64,000 nt of DNA, taken from assembly GCA_029717555.1 (NCBI GenBank), contig JAMDHS010000018.1, positions 1-64,000 of the forward strand, in the 5' to 3' direction. Positions 50,419-63,125 of this stretch are shown here, in pieces. How positions within the stretch are numbered: the stretch's first letter is position 1; each line of letters starts with the position of its first letter. The DNA comes from Peribolospora baueri. Taxonomy: Eukaryota. The position numbers and the translations under genes are program-made. The notes under the pieces were generated by a model, which saw nothing but the letters and a program-made list of their open reading frames with translations, had not been told where the DNA came from and searched no databases.

Positions 50419-52919
50419 TCAAAGTCTCAACGGCGCCTCCGCCGCGCCTTCGTCGTCGCCATCCTCCGCCGACCTCGCCCGCGCCCTCGCGTCCGCCCTT
50501 CTCCAGAAAAACAAATTAGGCTGCTTCGACTTATCGCCAAGGAAGAACCAAGCGATGGGGATGCACAGCGTGGCAATAGATCCCCAGATCATGCAAAGCG
50601 CAAGCCAGTTGTTCGGGTGGCGGACGTGCGTATATATCTGGCCTCCCACGATAGCTGCGGGGGCGGGTGGGGTCAAAGAGGACGAGGACGGAGATAGGCA
50701 GGCAAAGAAGGAGAAGAAGGGAGGTGGAGTCAGAGACGGGGCAGACAGACGGGGGAGGGTCGATGAACGGAAGTGGCGACTCACGTCCGACGAGCGTGGC
50801 GATGGAGAAACACAGGTTGAAGGCGCCGTAGACGGGAGCGTAACCGATCCCAGGGATGGAGCGAGCGACGTCGGTGAGCTCCTTCATGATGGGGGAGATC
50901 ATGAACGTCGCGATGCCGCCTGGAGGGGGAGTCGGGACGGGGGTACACCGAGGAGGGATGGGGTGCGGGTCCGTGGTTAGCCTGAAGCGTCCTCACATCG
51001 ATCCACCCCTGCGACAGACTCACCTTCCATGCCGAAGCAGACGATCCAGAAAGCGAGCGGGCCGCTAATGGCGAGGAAGAACATCCACGGTGTGAGGCAG
51101 AGGATGCCGATCAGGGTAACCTTCTTGACACCCCACCGGTCGGCCATCCAGCCGCTGAGAGGCCCGGTGACGAAGGTGGGGCCGACCTGGACAAAGTAGA
51201 CGAGGCCGACGACGAGCGGGCTGAGGTGGTAGCGGTCGTGGAGGTAGAGTGGCACCGTAGGGTCTTGGGTGCCGACTACGAAGCCCCAGGAGGTGACGAT
51301 GAGGAAGGCGGAGAGAGCGCGCGGGGATTGCATAAGGGCGAGCACGGCGAGATGGGCCGAAAGCGGCGGCGGCCGCGGCGGAGGTGAAGGCGGCCGTGCC
51401 GGCGCAAACAGCGCGGGCGGCGGGTAGGCATCAGAGCCGGCGACGGAGGAGCGCCGTCGCAGGGTTTCTTCATCACCGAAGCCTCGATCGACCTTTCTTT
51501 GCCCCTGATGGACTGCCTCCATCGCCGCCATCCGGCTCGCGTCCCCCTTGGTGCCGCTGAACTGACCTATATCCACCCCTTCCTCCTGCTCTTCCCTTCG
51601 TCTCTCCATCGCCTTGGTCTTCCCCGCACCCTTGCCCTGGCCATTAGCTTTAACCTGGGCCATCGCCTCTCGCCGCTCGCCATTTCCCAACCACCGCACA
51701 GCATGCCTCTTCTCGATGACGAGCAACCGGAGTATAGCATCCAAGGCGACGACACAGAGGGCAAATACGAAGACTTTGCGAAAGCCTAGACGGTCGTACA
51801 TCACGCCGCCGACCTGGAAAGAGAGAAAAAGGGAACAGAAAAAAGGAAAGAGGCCGAGGATGAGAGATGAGCCGAGATGGGCGGCAAACCGTATCTGATC
51901 CGAGAGTCTCGGGCGACATTCACCGGAGGACCGAGGAGGAGACCGACACTATATCCGGCCATGACGAAGCCCTGAGAGAGAAAAACAAATAAGCGAGGGC
52001 AGGCGAGAGGCATCATCGATCACTTGTATTCGATCATTGGGAACTTTGAACGAAAGGAAACGGAAGGACACGCAGCTGCTCACCATGATCTGGCCCGTCT
52101 TTTCCTCTTCGACGGTATCACCGATGAGGGCCAAGCCGAGGGTCCAAATGCCGGTGCCACTGACGCCCTGGCAAATGCGGGCGATGGCGAGCAAAGCAAA
52201 GTCTTTGGCGAACATAAAGAGGACCAGCGAGGCAGCCATGAAGAGGAGGGTGATGAGGAGGGGGATCTGGCGGGAGGAGAGGCGTTCGCTGAGGAGGGCG
52301 ACGGGGGGGGTGGACGCGATGAGGCCGACGGCGTAGGCTGCGAGGAGGTAGCCGGTCAGCGAGGACGGGTGGTGATAGTGAAGGGCGGTTAGGCTGCGAG
52401 GCGGGGCGAGGGGAGAAGAGAGGAGAAGAGCGGGCAAGCGGCTCGCGCGTCAAGGACAGGAAGGCGAACAGCGCTTGGCAAGGAAAGGAAAGGAAAGTCA
52501 AGGACCGGCGTTCGGCTCGGTGCGCACCGAAAAGGCATGATGGGCACGATGAGGCCGTAGATGAGCATGTCGGTGCCGACGGCGACGGCGACGACGAGCG
52601 TGACGAAAGCGGTGGACGAGCGCCATCGGAGGCCCCATGGCGGCGGCGCGTTGGGCCGGCGGGCGGCAACGGAGGCGGGAAGGAAGAAGAGGAAGAAGCG
52701 ATGGAGCAACGAGCGAGGCTGGCGGTGCGAGGGCAATGGCGCGTATGGACCGCCGGCGAGGAGGGAGGGAGTTGGTGCAAGGGTGGGAGACGTAGACAGC
52801 GTGGGCAAGGTGGACGTCGGCGTGGGTGAGAGAGGGTAGAGGGTGTGGGGGTAGGTGGAGGTGACGGGGGCGAGAGACGAGGGCGGGCGAGAATCTGGAT
52901 CGCTCGACATGGCCTGCAT
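50419..52919 (-). CDS. MFS transporter, vesicular amine transporter (SLC18)-like fungal family; start uncertain
   Basis: WRSSTAFVTLVVAVAVGTDMLIYGLIVPIMPF, ARICQGVSGTGIWTLGLALIGDTV, GPPVGGVMYDRLG, YGAFNLCFS. Confidence 0.88.
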
Positions 52920-53379
52920 GACCAGGCACTCCGGAGGGACCAAACGGCGAGGCCTGGGAGGTTGAGGGGATGGGAGGAGGTGGGAAGGGCCGGGTCGGGA
53001 TGAGGCGAAGGTGGAAGCAAGGAGGAGTGAGCAGAGAGGGGGCGACGACGTCGTCTTGCCCTCGCCGTCGTTTTGTCGTCGTCGTTTTGTCGATTTGTTG
53101 TTTTGTCGTCGTCGCTTTGTGGACGAGGTCAAGACGAAGACGAAGACGGGCCGGGCCGACGCAGGATGAGGACGAGGATGATGACAATTGCGGCAAGGAA
53201 CGCCGGTAGGCCCCGGCCTGGACAGTGGACGGTGGACAGTGGGGGAAGGATCCGACGCGCCTTGCGTGCCATCACATCGTCCATCGAGAGACGCCGGGGC
53301 CACGCTTCCGGGAGAGGGGATGGTACGATCATGAATTCATTCCGCCTGCTGTCCATGGCTGGCGATCGACGTAAACAAG

Positions 53380-53400
53380 ACACACACACACACACACACA
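53380..53400. repeat. (CA)n microsatellite
   Basis: Read directly from the sequence. Confidence 0.9.
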
Positions 53401-53993
53401 ACACCCCTCCCCCCCCCGTCGCCCCTTCGCCTGCTCGACCGACTCCAGGTGAGCGAGTGCGAGCGAGTCGATGCACATACTTAGCATGCCTTCTTCCAAG
53501 CCGACGTCAGAATTTGTCCGAGCCGCCGGCACCGGTGCCGCAGCCGCGTTTCATGGAGCTTAGCTTCGACCCAAGCCTTTTCATCTCGTCAGCCGCGCCA
53601 TCCGCGAAACCACGCCACGAACGAGCAGCCTGCCCCCAAATCGTCGAGTGGGCGGAGAAGGAAATGAAGGAAAGACGGATGAAAGGAAGGATGGCGCTCA
53701 CCAGCCTCGACCGGGCCGAAGGAGCGTCCGCCGCAATTTGAAAATTGATTCCCCATCCGACGACGGCATACGAGAAGGAAAGCAAGTAAGCCAAAGAAAA
53801 ACGAAAGGCCCGCGACCTCTCCGGGCCGGCGATAGACGGCGTTAAGCGTGTCCATCCGGCACCGCCGATCACTGCGCTGTGGGGCGGCAGTAGGCGGCGA
53901 TAAACACGTCGGACGGTCGATCGTTCGGGTGGCCTCCACCGCTGCTACCCTTCGCTCTCCGCCTCCATACCAGATCGGAAACCGCCAAACACC

Positions 53994-55926
53994 ATGGCGT
54001 GGGCGAACGGAATCGGTGAGTAGTCGAGCTGGAGCCCCCAGGAATGCGCCTGTGCGGGTGGAGGGGAGGTTGGATGGCCACCGCCAGAAGCACCGTGTCT
54101 CTGCGTGAATGGGACCGACGGATGTCATGCCCTCCCCTCTTCCCGCGTGTCATAGATCACGACGTGCCGGTCGACTTTGTGTGGGACGAGGAGTATCGGA
54201 GACGGATCGAAGAGCTCGCAGACATAGACCAGTACCTGTGAGTGAGTGAGCGAGCGAGCGAGCGAGAGGGCCGACACTTCCAGGCGCCTTGCACGAGCAG
54301 GACGCCGATCACTCGTCTTCCGCCCCCCCGCTTCCCTCTTTCAGCCCGCCCTATGATAGCTGGCCGATGCTGTTGATCGCGCTCAAATACCTCGTCGCGC
54401 GTAACATTGAGACCCTCGACAACCCGCCCCCGGCCGCTCATCCAACCCCCGTGCACACTTCTGCCGTTGTCCCCGGTTCATCCGCGCCCCTAATCCCCAA
54501 TCCCTTCACCACCGGGCGCACCATTTCTTTTGTCTCCGCCCAGCAGGAGACGCCTTCTACCGACGCCGATGCCGACGGCGACGCTGAACCCCGGGAGCAG
54601 CCGGACGACGGCGCGGTCGTTGCCCCTGTCGTGCCCGTCAACCCGGCGGACGCGCAGGGCTTTTATCCATATCGCCGGCCTGGCGGCCATCGTCTGCCTG
54701 GAATGTCCGAGGACGAGGTTAAGGAGAGCAAAGCCAGGATCTTTGAGCTCATGGACCAACATCAGAGGTGAGTCAGATGCGCGTGTTCTAACCGGTCCAG
54801 TCGGACCCGCCTTCGAGCCTCTCTCTCCTTTTGTTCATTGGCGTTTTCGCAGGATCAGATACGTTGCGCGTTTTATGTTTCCTTTGAGTTAGTATTCATT
54901 CCGCTGCCTTTTCCCATTCAGTGCCCCGCCGTTCACGCTCCAACGAGTGTGCGAGCTTGCCCTCATCAGCCACGTACCCCCCGAGCGACGCCACTACCGG
55001 ACGTTGGCCAAATATCTCCGCGCACTCGAGCGCTCCCTCCTTGTTACCGCCCCGCACCACGCCTTCCCCCTTGCTCCCGGAGACGGCGACGACTTTGGCG
55101 CCGAGGGAGCTAGGGCGGCCATGGATCGTTCGGTGCCGCGACACACCGTCGATCCGATGGACGTCGACACTGTCGACTTTGGCACCGTCCGTCCTGCCCC
55201 CAACTTCAATGCCGCATCGAACTCGAGCGGATCGACGAATGGCTCGACCTCGTTTCCCTTCGTTCCCGACGGCCTGCCCATGGCGTCCGGCTCTCATGGA
55301 TCATTTTCAGAGACGTCCATGGTCACTACATCCATCTCTCCCTCCGCGCGCGCCACCCCTCCCTCCCGCTCGCCCTCGCCGGCACCGAGGCACTTTGAGC
55401 CGCTCTTCCACCCCATCCCTTGGGTCAAGCAGGATGACGACGACGAGGAAGCTAAGGAACGGGAAGAGGCGCGATCCACCTCGCTTCCCTCCACTTCCAT
55501 CTCTGCCTCCACCCATACCCTTGGTGAACGGTCCCAAGTCGCCGACGCCGAAGCGGGGACAGCAGAGGCGGCTCAGACGGCGTCTCCGCTTGACTCGACT
55601 GCGCCCGCGGCGCCGAGTCCTGTTGCGGGCACGGGCGGACTGGTGGGCGACCTAGTGGGTAGCCGTTGGCGTGTTGTCATCTTCTCTAGCTGGGGTCGGG
55701 ATGAGGATATGATCATCGTCAACTGACTCCTTCGTCCACCCACCTCGGTGCTCTTTCTCCTCCATTCCCATTCATTTTTGTCCTTTTTTTTCGTGTCGAT
55801 GACCAGGACAAAGGAGAGGGACTCGGACGCGCACACGAAACTGCCACCGCGTCCCCATCTGCCACCGCCGACGGCGGCGCTCTGGGCTTGGTGGGCGCGG
55901 AGAAGGAGGAGGGCAGCGGTGTGTAA
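53994..55926 (+). CDS. Protein phosphatase 4 regulatory subunit R2 (PPP4R2/Psy4)-like; multi-exon, terminal exons tentative
   Basis: APPFTLQRVCELAL.....RHYRTLAKYLRALERSLLVT is the PPP4R2 signature. The first exon MAWANGI is joined by GTGAGT..TAG. Confidence 0.82.
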
Positions 55927-56605
55927 TGGGGCGTGCCGGAGCGAGGCTCTGTCTGGTACTGAAAGAGGGGGGAGATGGGAAGGTGGCGACGAGTCTGGTC
56001 TTTTCTCCCGTCGTCTGTCCGTCCATCCGTCTGTCTGTCTGTCTTCTGTCCGTCTGTCACCTGACCTTGGTTGCTTCGGTGAGGTTCCTCCGCCGCGCGC
56101 GCCTGGAGCGCCCCTCCTTCCTGTATCAATGTATCAATACGTACATGCGCTCCTTTTCTTTCCCTTTGTCGGTATACCCGAATAACCCCCCGCAGGAGAT
56201 CTTTGTGGCCGGTCGTCGATGGCCGGTTGCGTCAGTCAAGCCCCGACGGTCATCCCATCCCTTCGCCTGCGCGCGGGTCGTGCGCGTGTTGGGCAACTGA
56301 GTTAACAAAACTCTCCGTCCTCACAGAATCTCTCTCTCTCTCTCTTTTTTTTTTTTTTTTTTTTTTTTTTTCCCCTTTCCTCCCTTTCGCGCACACACAC
56401 GCTCTTTCTTTCGATCGGAACGGGGCGTCATCTCATCTCCAAAACCAGGGATATCGCAGTCGACGGCGTTTCAGTCAGCCACGGCCACTGTTCACGACCT
56501 TTTTCTTTTTCTTTACTTTCTGGTATTGAGCGCTCGAACACGACGCATGTATGCATGCACGGACGGACGGAACGGAACGGACGTCGCTACGAAAGGAGCC
56601 GCGAA

Positions 56606-59236
56606 TCATTGAGCTGGAAGCGGCCAGTCGAGCTTCTCGCCGCTGTGCCAACAACAACGCGACCGGGTTATGGATGGACGAGAGAAAAAAGAGGGGACGA
56701 GACGAAGGGAAGAGGACGGAGCGGGTCGTGTCAGATCGCTTTCGACCCGAGCTAGAGAGAGACGCTTTGCGGGCTTAACGCACTAGTTCACGTGGACGGC
56801 CTTGACCTGGGTGTATTCCTTGACGGCGTCCACGCCTGAAGACGCCGAGGAATAAGTGAACGTTTAGTCTTTCGCTCTCGCAGGAAGAAGAACCTCGCCT
56901 CCAGTCGATCGATCCCGCCGCTCCCAACGCTCGTCCGCTCACCGAGCTCTCGACCGATGCCGCTCTGCTTGAACCCGCCAAAGGGGACGGCGTTGCTGAG
57001 CATGGCGTACTGGTTGATCCACACCGTACCCGCCTCGATGGCCGACGAGAGACGCATGGCCTCCTGGAGGTCGTTGGAGAAGATGCCCGCGGCAAGGCCG
57101 TAGGACGTGTCGTTCGCCAACTCGATCACCTCTTCTTCCGTGTCGAACTTGGCTGTACGGGCGGGGACGCATCATGACGTAGGCATGCGATGCGGGACCG
57201 TTGTCGTTAAGCGGAGCCATCTCGCGCGACCTGACAGAATGCAGAGCGAGCGGCCGATGGAGGCGCGCTTACGACGACGGACTCACCGATGGCGAGGACA
57301 GGACCGAAAATCTCCTCGTCCACAATCCTCATGCCCTTCTTGCACCCGCTGAAGATGGTCGGCTCGACAAAGTACCCCTCCTTGAGGCCTTCCGGCCCTT
57401 TGTTCCACCTCTTCCCTCCCAGCTCTAGCTTGGCCCCCTGCCTCTTTCCCTCCTCTATGTATCCCAACACCTTGTCCATCTGGGTCTGGGAAATCTGAGG
57501 CCCCTGGAAGGTGGAGGAGTCAAAGGGATCTCCGACGACGTGCTGCTGCGCTACCTTGACCAGCTCGGAGACGAAGCGGTCGTGAATCGAAGCGTGGACG
57601 TAGAGCCGCGATCCGGCGGTGCAGTCTTGGCCCATATTGAAAAAGATGCCCATCGCCGTCCAGCGGAGGGTCTGTTCGATGTCGGCGCTCTTGCAGACGA
57701 TCACGGGTGACTGGAGAGAGGGAGAGCACGGACGAGACAATACATGTATAGCGAAAGGCCACGCAAAAACCGGTAATCCGTTCATTTGTCACTCTCAGAT
57801 CTCGAGGGAGCTCCCCGACCGCCAAGCGAGCACGACCTTGACCGTTATCTGCCAACACCGCTCACCTTTCCACCCAGCTCGAGCGTGCACTTCTTCAAGT
57901 TGCTCTTGGCAGCGGCCTCCATGACCCTTCTCCCCGTTACTGTGGATCCCGTGAAGGCCACCTTGTCAATCTTCATGTGCGACGCGATAGCGTGACCCAC
58001 GTCCGGACCGTAGCCGTTCACGATGGAGATGACGCCCGGCGGGAAGCTGGGCGATGGAAGACGAAAAAAGCGGGAAAAATGCGTGGTCAGGGGGCGGAAT
58101 GCGGTCGACTGGGCTTTTCCTTCGTCCTAATCCATGATTGCTCACCCAGCCTTGACGGACAGCTCCGCGACTTTCTACGAGAATTATGAGAAAGAGAATT
58201 TCGTTTCAGACCTTCAGATGCCACCAAACCGTCAAGACAGATGGACGAGGACTTAACCATCGCGCTCAAGGGCGTCTGTTCGGCCGGCTTGAGAATGATC
58301 GTGTTTCCCGCGCAGAGAGCCGGGGCGACCTTCCAAGCGAACACTGACAGTTTGAGCAGAAAGAAAAGAGAGTATGAAGTAGTGGGATGGAGATGGATTG
58401 AGTAAGGGTTCATCCGGGTCAAGCCACAGAGGACAGGCGCGCACTCAAGATAGGGTAGTTCCTGGAGATGGTTACGAGGACATGGTACGCGTCAGCCGGT
58501 TTCCAAACGCCACAATTTGTACTTCTCCTGAGACACACCAGGGAATGATCTGTCCGCAGACTCCGAGAGGCTCGAGCCTGGTGAAAGCGAACTTGACGCC
58601 TTCCCCTTGCTCGATGGTCTTCCCTTCGATCTGAGCCGTAAACAAAAGATTGGACGGACTTAGATGCCGTCGCCTTATCTCCCTCATGGGAAGAGATGAA
58701 GGGAGACGAATCTGAGAAGATAGGTTTGCGCACCTTGTCGGCCAAACCCGCATAGTATCGAAGACAGCCGACACTGTCGGCGACGTCAAAGTCCCTCGCT
58801 AGGGCCACAGCTTTCCCTCCATCCAAACTCTCGATTTCCGCCAGCACCTGGGCGTTCTCCTCAATTAGATTGGCCCACTTGAAAAGCAAAGAGGCGCGCT
58901 GAGACGGCGTTGACTTCTTTCCCCAAACGGTCTTGTACGCCTTGCGAGACGCTTCGACAGCGAGGTCGACGTCAGCGGCCGTGCCAAGTGCTAGCGTACA
59001 GAGTGGTTTGGCGGTAGCTGGATTGATCGTCCTAAGTGAGGTCAGAAGCGGGAGCCGACGAACCGCCGTTAGCTATGAAAAAAGCATAAATGAGCTGGCG
59101 GAACTGGTACAACTCACTCGAACGTGCCCTTGTTGACGGCCGGACGGAATTGGTTGTCGATAAAGATACCGGTGGGCACAACGATGTCGCGCCCGCTGGG
59201 GGACCGGAGGGTGGTCTGGACATCATGACTAGCCAT
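56606..59236 (-). CDS. Aldehyde dehydrogenase (ALDH1/2-like); many introns, last intron 56643-56783
   Basis: GQIIPWNYP, KPAEQTP, FTGS..TG, LELGGKSP, catalytic [49 protein letters not shown]. Confidence 0.96.
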
Positions 59237-59406
59237 GTCTGAAACAATGTAAGGATCTCTGGAAAGTATCCAAGCACAATATGGGCGACAGTGGAAGGTC
59301 GATGGGAAGAAGAACCAGCGGGAGGGGGGGGGTCTGGGGATTAGTTAATAAGGGTCTTACGAATATTGCCGCCTGCCCCGCGCCGGCAATCTACTGCGGC
59401 GCTGTG

Positions 59407-59450
59407 TTATCGCACTATCAGACGGATCCCTTATCTTGCCTTTTCTTATC
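59407..59450. promoter_or_regulatory. Cluster of four GATA-factor sites in the divergent ALDH/permease promoter
   Basis: TTATC 59407, CTATCA 59415, CTTATC 59430 and CTTATC 59445, all in the same orientation. Confidence 0.55.
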
Positions 59451-59769
59451 CATCCGGCGGCTAAATGACGCTCAACAGGCGATCGTCGGCCAAGACGAAG
59501 GACAGGCAGACGAAACTCGACAATCACAGACCCATGGCCCAGTGCCGTCCTGACAAAAACGCACGCTCCTATCGCAGTACTGCAGACGTCAATCTATACT
59601 GGGCTTCCCCTCGTCCACCTCCGTGCGTGCCCGGTGCGCTGACCTGACGTTCTCAACGCGTGGCCGGCCCCCTCAAGCTCGACCTCAGTTAGGCGAGCAA
59701 AGCCTCTCAGCCTGGTATCTCTCGTTCTTCTCCTCTCCTCATTCAGCGCCTATCTTATTGTTGATAACT

Positions 59770-62700
59770 ATGACGGCCCAAGTCATCACACGAGTCGTCA
59801 GCGCTGGCAGTGGAGAAGCAGCAGCACCAAGGACCACCCTTGATTCCACCCCAGCCGGCGCACCGGGCCAATTGACAGTCACGCTCTCTAAGAGCCAGGT
59901 TGAGAAGGCCGACGTGGAGCTACTCGCCAGTCTGGGATACAAGCAGGAGTTCAAAAGGGTTTTCACCAAGCTCGAGGTGGGTCCAGGACGCAATGTGTCA
60001 ATACGTGACCCGTCGTGGGCGTGGCGCGACCTTATCCGGCTTGTCTAGCTGGCTCAAGAACCTATCCTGGTCGCCGATCTCACTCGCTCTTCCCTCCTCA
60101 TGCCGTCTTCCACTATTTTGCTATGCTCCCACCTCACAGGTCTTTGCCATCGCCTTCAACATCATGGGCGTCCTTCCCTCCATCGCGTCCACCCTCATCT
60201 ATGCTCTTCCTAGCGGAGGGCCCATATCGGTTGTATGGGGATGGGTCCGTCGGTTTTCGTCCGGTCCTACGTCCAACTCTCCTAATTTTGCTCTGATAGC
60301 GCCCTCTTGTCCTCGCCCTCGCTCTCTCGTCAGGCCGTTGCTTTCACTCTGATCGTCGTCATAGGTCTGGCTTTGGGAGACCTCGGGTCAGCCATGCGTG
60401 AGTCCGTCCACACCTCATATTCTCTTCCAAGCTCCCTTGATCTCTTCGCTCACTGCAACGTAGCCAATTCTCTTCCATATACTTACCTACTGTTTTGCAG
60501 CGACCTCAGGAGGTCTATACTATTGGACCTTCGTCCTCTCCTCCGAGCGCAGCCGCCGTGTCCTCTGCTGGGTCGTCGGGTACGCCAACACGCTTGCCTC
60601 CGTCGCCTCCGTCGCCTCTATTGACTGGGCCGCCGCGCAGATGAGTGAGTCTATCCCTATATTGTCAGCCTCACACTGTGGGTTGTTGGACAACTTTGTA
60701 AGCTTTCTGATTTCGAATTGAACCTACTGCCGTCTCTGCGCTTCCTCGTCTACTATCGTTCCCGACCCCAGTCATGGCGGCAGTTTCAATTGCTTCGGAC
60801 GGCTCCTTCTCTCCCACCAACCCACAGACGTTCGGCGTCGTTTGTGGTGAGCGTCACCTACTGTAACCCAGTCGACCATGTAGGTATTGTTCACATCCGT
60901 CCTCGGTCCGTACGCCATTCCAATCCCACCAGCCATCCTGCTAGTCCATGCCATTATCACCTCTAATGGTACGCGCACCCTAGCGCGCCTCCAAAACATC
61001 TACACCGTTATATGTGCTGCCCTCGCTCTTGCCACCATCATCGCTTTGTCCGTCTACACCCCAAAGGGGTACAAGAACGACGCAAGTTATGCCCTCGGAG
61101 GATGGGAGAACGGTGAGCAAGGACGCTTCTCCGGTGCGATTCTGGTCGCGGATCTCTGGCGTCCGCGTTTGCGGGTCGTCGTCGGATCGGAACAGCCTCA
61201 ATGGTTGAGTAGCTCGCTCACGCCTTCCTTCTTTATGCGAAACCGTAGACTCTGGTTGGAATAACGGAGTGGCTTTCTTCCTCGCCATGTTGATGCCCGT
61301 ATGGACCATTGGTGGGTTGCACCATGGGTCGTTCAAATGCTTCTCCCCCTCTAGACATCACCGCCAATGGAAAAAAAGCACTTACCACCTTCTGTATGTT
61401 TGTATGGTTGCAAAACGATGTAGCTATGTATGACAGGTACGTCCGCCAGAGCTGTAGACAGGAAGTTGGCTCCCGGCCCTCTACCGACCCAACTCCCATC
61501 CATCCCACTCAAACCAGCTGCGTCCATATCTCCGAGGAAGCGAGCAATGCTGCCACCGGTGAGCGTGCTCGCCCATTTCTCTCCTTCTTTCCCAGACGAT
61601 CCCTGACTTCCCTTACGCTGGTTTCGTTCTGGAAGCCGTACCCCTCGGTATCGTCAGCTCCATCGTCGCAGCTGGCCTTCTCGGTTTCGGCATTTGCATC
61701 GCTATCACCTTCAACATGGGGTGAGTGCGAACGTCCATCGTTCTCGCTCAAAAGAAGGCTATTCTTACTGGACGGCCCCGTCACGAACGGACGACTCTGC
61801 GGCCCCCCTTCGCTTGTCCTCACCTCATCCTTGCGGGTCAGAACCGACATCGACTCAATCGTGAATGCGCCATCTGGCCAGCCTATGGCGACGATATATC
61901 TGAACAGCCTCGGCAAGACAGGTTGTCTCATCATCTGGTCTTTTGTGATCATCGTCCAGGTGCGCTCTGATCTCTTACCAGCCAGCACGAATTAAAATGA
62001 CAGTTCAATTGAGCGTTTGTATCTATCCGATTTTCCGGTCGGTCACACAGTTGATGATGGGAAGCTCCATGATGCTGGCGTCAAGTCGGCAGATCTTCGC
62101 CTTCAGCCGAGACGGGGCTTTGCCGTTCTCTAAAGTGAGCGGGAAGAGGTCATTGCATCACAGCATGGCCTTCGCTCATCCGTCCATTGGCGCGCTTCAA
62201 TCATGAATTGCTGCGTTCTTCTGTTTGTCAGTGGCTCTATCGAATCCACCCCAGGACGCTCACGCCCATCAACACGGCCTGGTTCACGGCCATTATCGCC
62301 GGCCTGCTTTGTCTGCTTGGATTGGCCGGCACCGCGGCCATCTCCGCCGTCTTTTCTCTCTCTGGTGAGGCGCCCGGCATGGATAGATGACGCGCATACG
62401 TTCAAAGAATCCTTGTCTCTGACTCCATTCGTGCCATCTCATACGAACAAAACGTTCCTCGACAACAAGTCGTTGGCTCCTACATTGCCTACGCGATCCC
62501 CATCGGTGTCCGTCTGCTCAACCCGGCCAAGCTCCGGCCGGGGCCGTGGTACCTCGGCGACAGGTGGTCAATGGTGGTCGCTGTCGTCGCCGTCACTTTC
62601 ATGGCTTTCATGAGCGTCGTTGTCCTGTTCCCCAGTTCGCCTGATCCCGGGGCTGGTGATATGAGTGAGTGACGACGCTTTTCTGACGCAGTTAATGGTG

Positions 62701-63125
62701 AAGGGGTCCGCTCGTGGAGATAAAATATCAATAGCGTCGTTTCCTTCCGTCTCGTTCCCGCTTTCATCTTTTGCAGACTACGCCGTCGTTGTCACTGCCG
62801 GAGTCATGGGCTTTTCCCTTCTGGCGTTCTACTTCCCCAAGTGGGGAGGAAAGTACTGGTTCTCGTGAGTATTGCCCCGAGGTGTCCCGCTCCACCTAAA
62901 GTGTTTGTCTCCGGCTCCTTCGGCCACTCTGTGTGCTATCAGGGCTAATTTTACCGCTTTCCTTTCCTCCGAACCTCTTTCAGTGGACCTCTCATGACCG
63001 TGCACGACCCTCAGACACGCTCTCATCCCAACCTGGCGGAAGATGCAGGCAGCAGAGAGTTGGAAAAGGAAGTCCCTCAGCAGAATCTCAAGTCCGATCA
63101 CGACAAGTCTGGTGAAACCTCGTGA
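59770..63125 (+). CDS. APC-superfamily amino acid/polyamine permease (GABA permease Uga4/ACT-family-like); many introns
   Basis: LLASLGYKQEFKR.F...EVFAIAFNIMG, GGP..VVWGW, AMPTSGGLYYW, YDSCVHISEE, SRQIFAFSRDGALPFS, PGPWYLG. Confidence 0.93.

Noticed and set aside
703..55926. Apparent cluster of signalling genes (GSK3, PP2A-A, PLC, PP4R2, Cdc25-like)
   Set aside because: The genes are spread over 55 kb and interleaved with unrelated housekeeping genes, which is compatible with chance.
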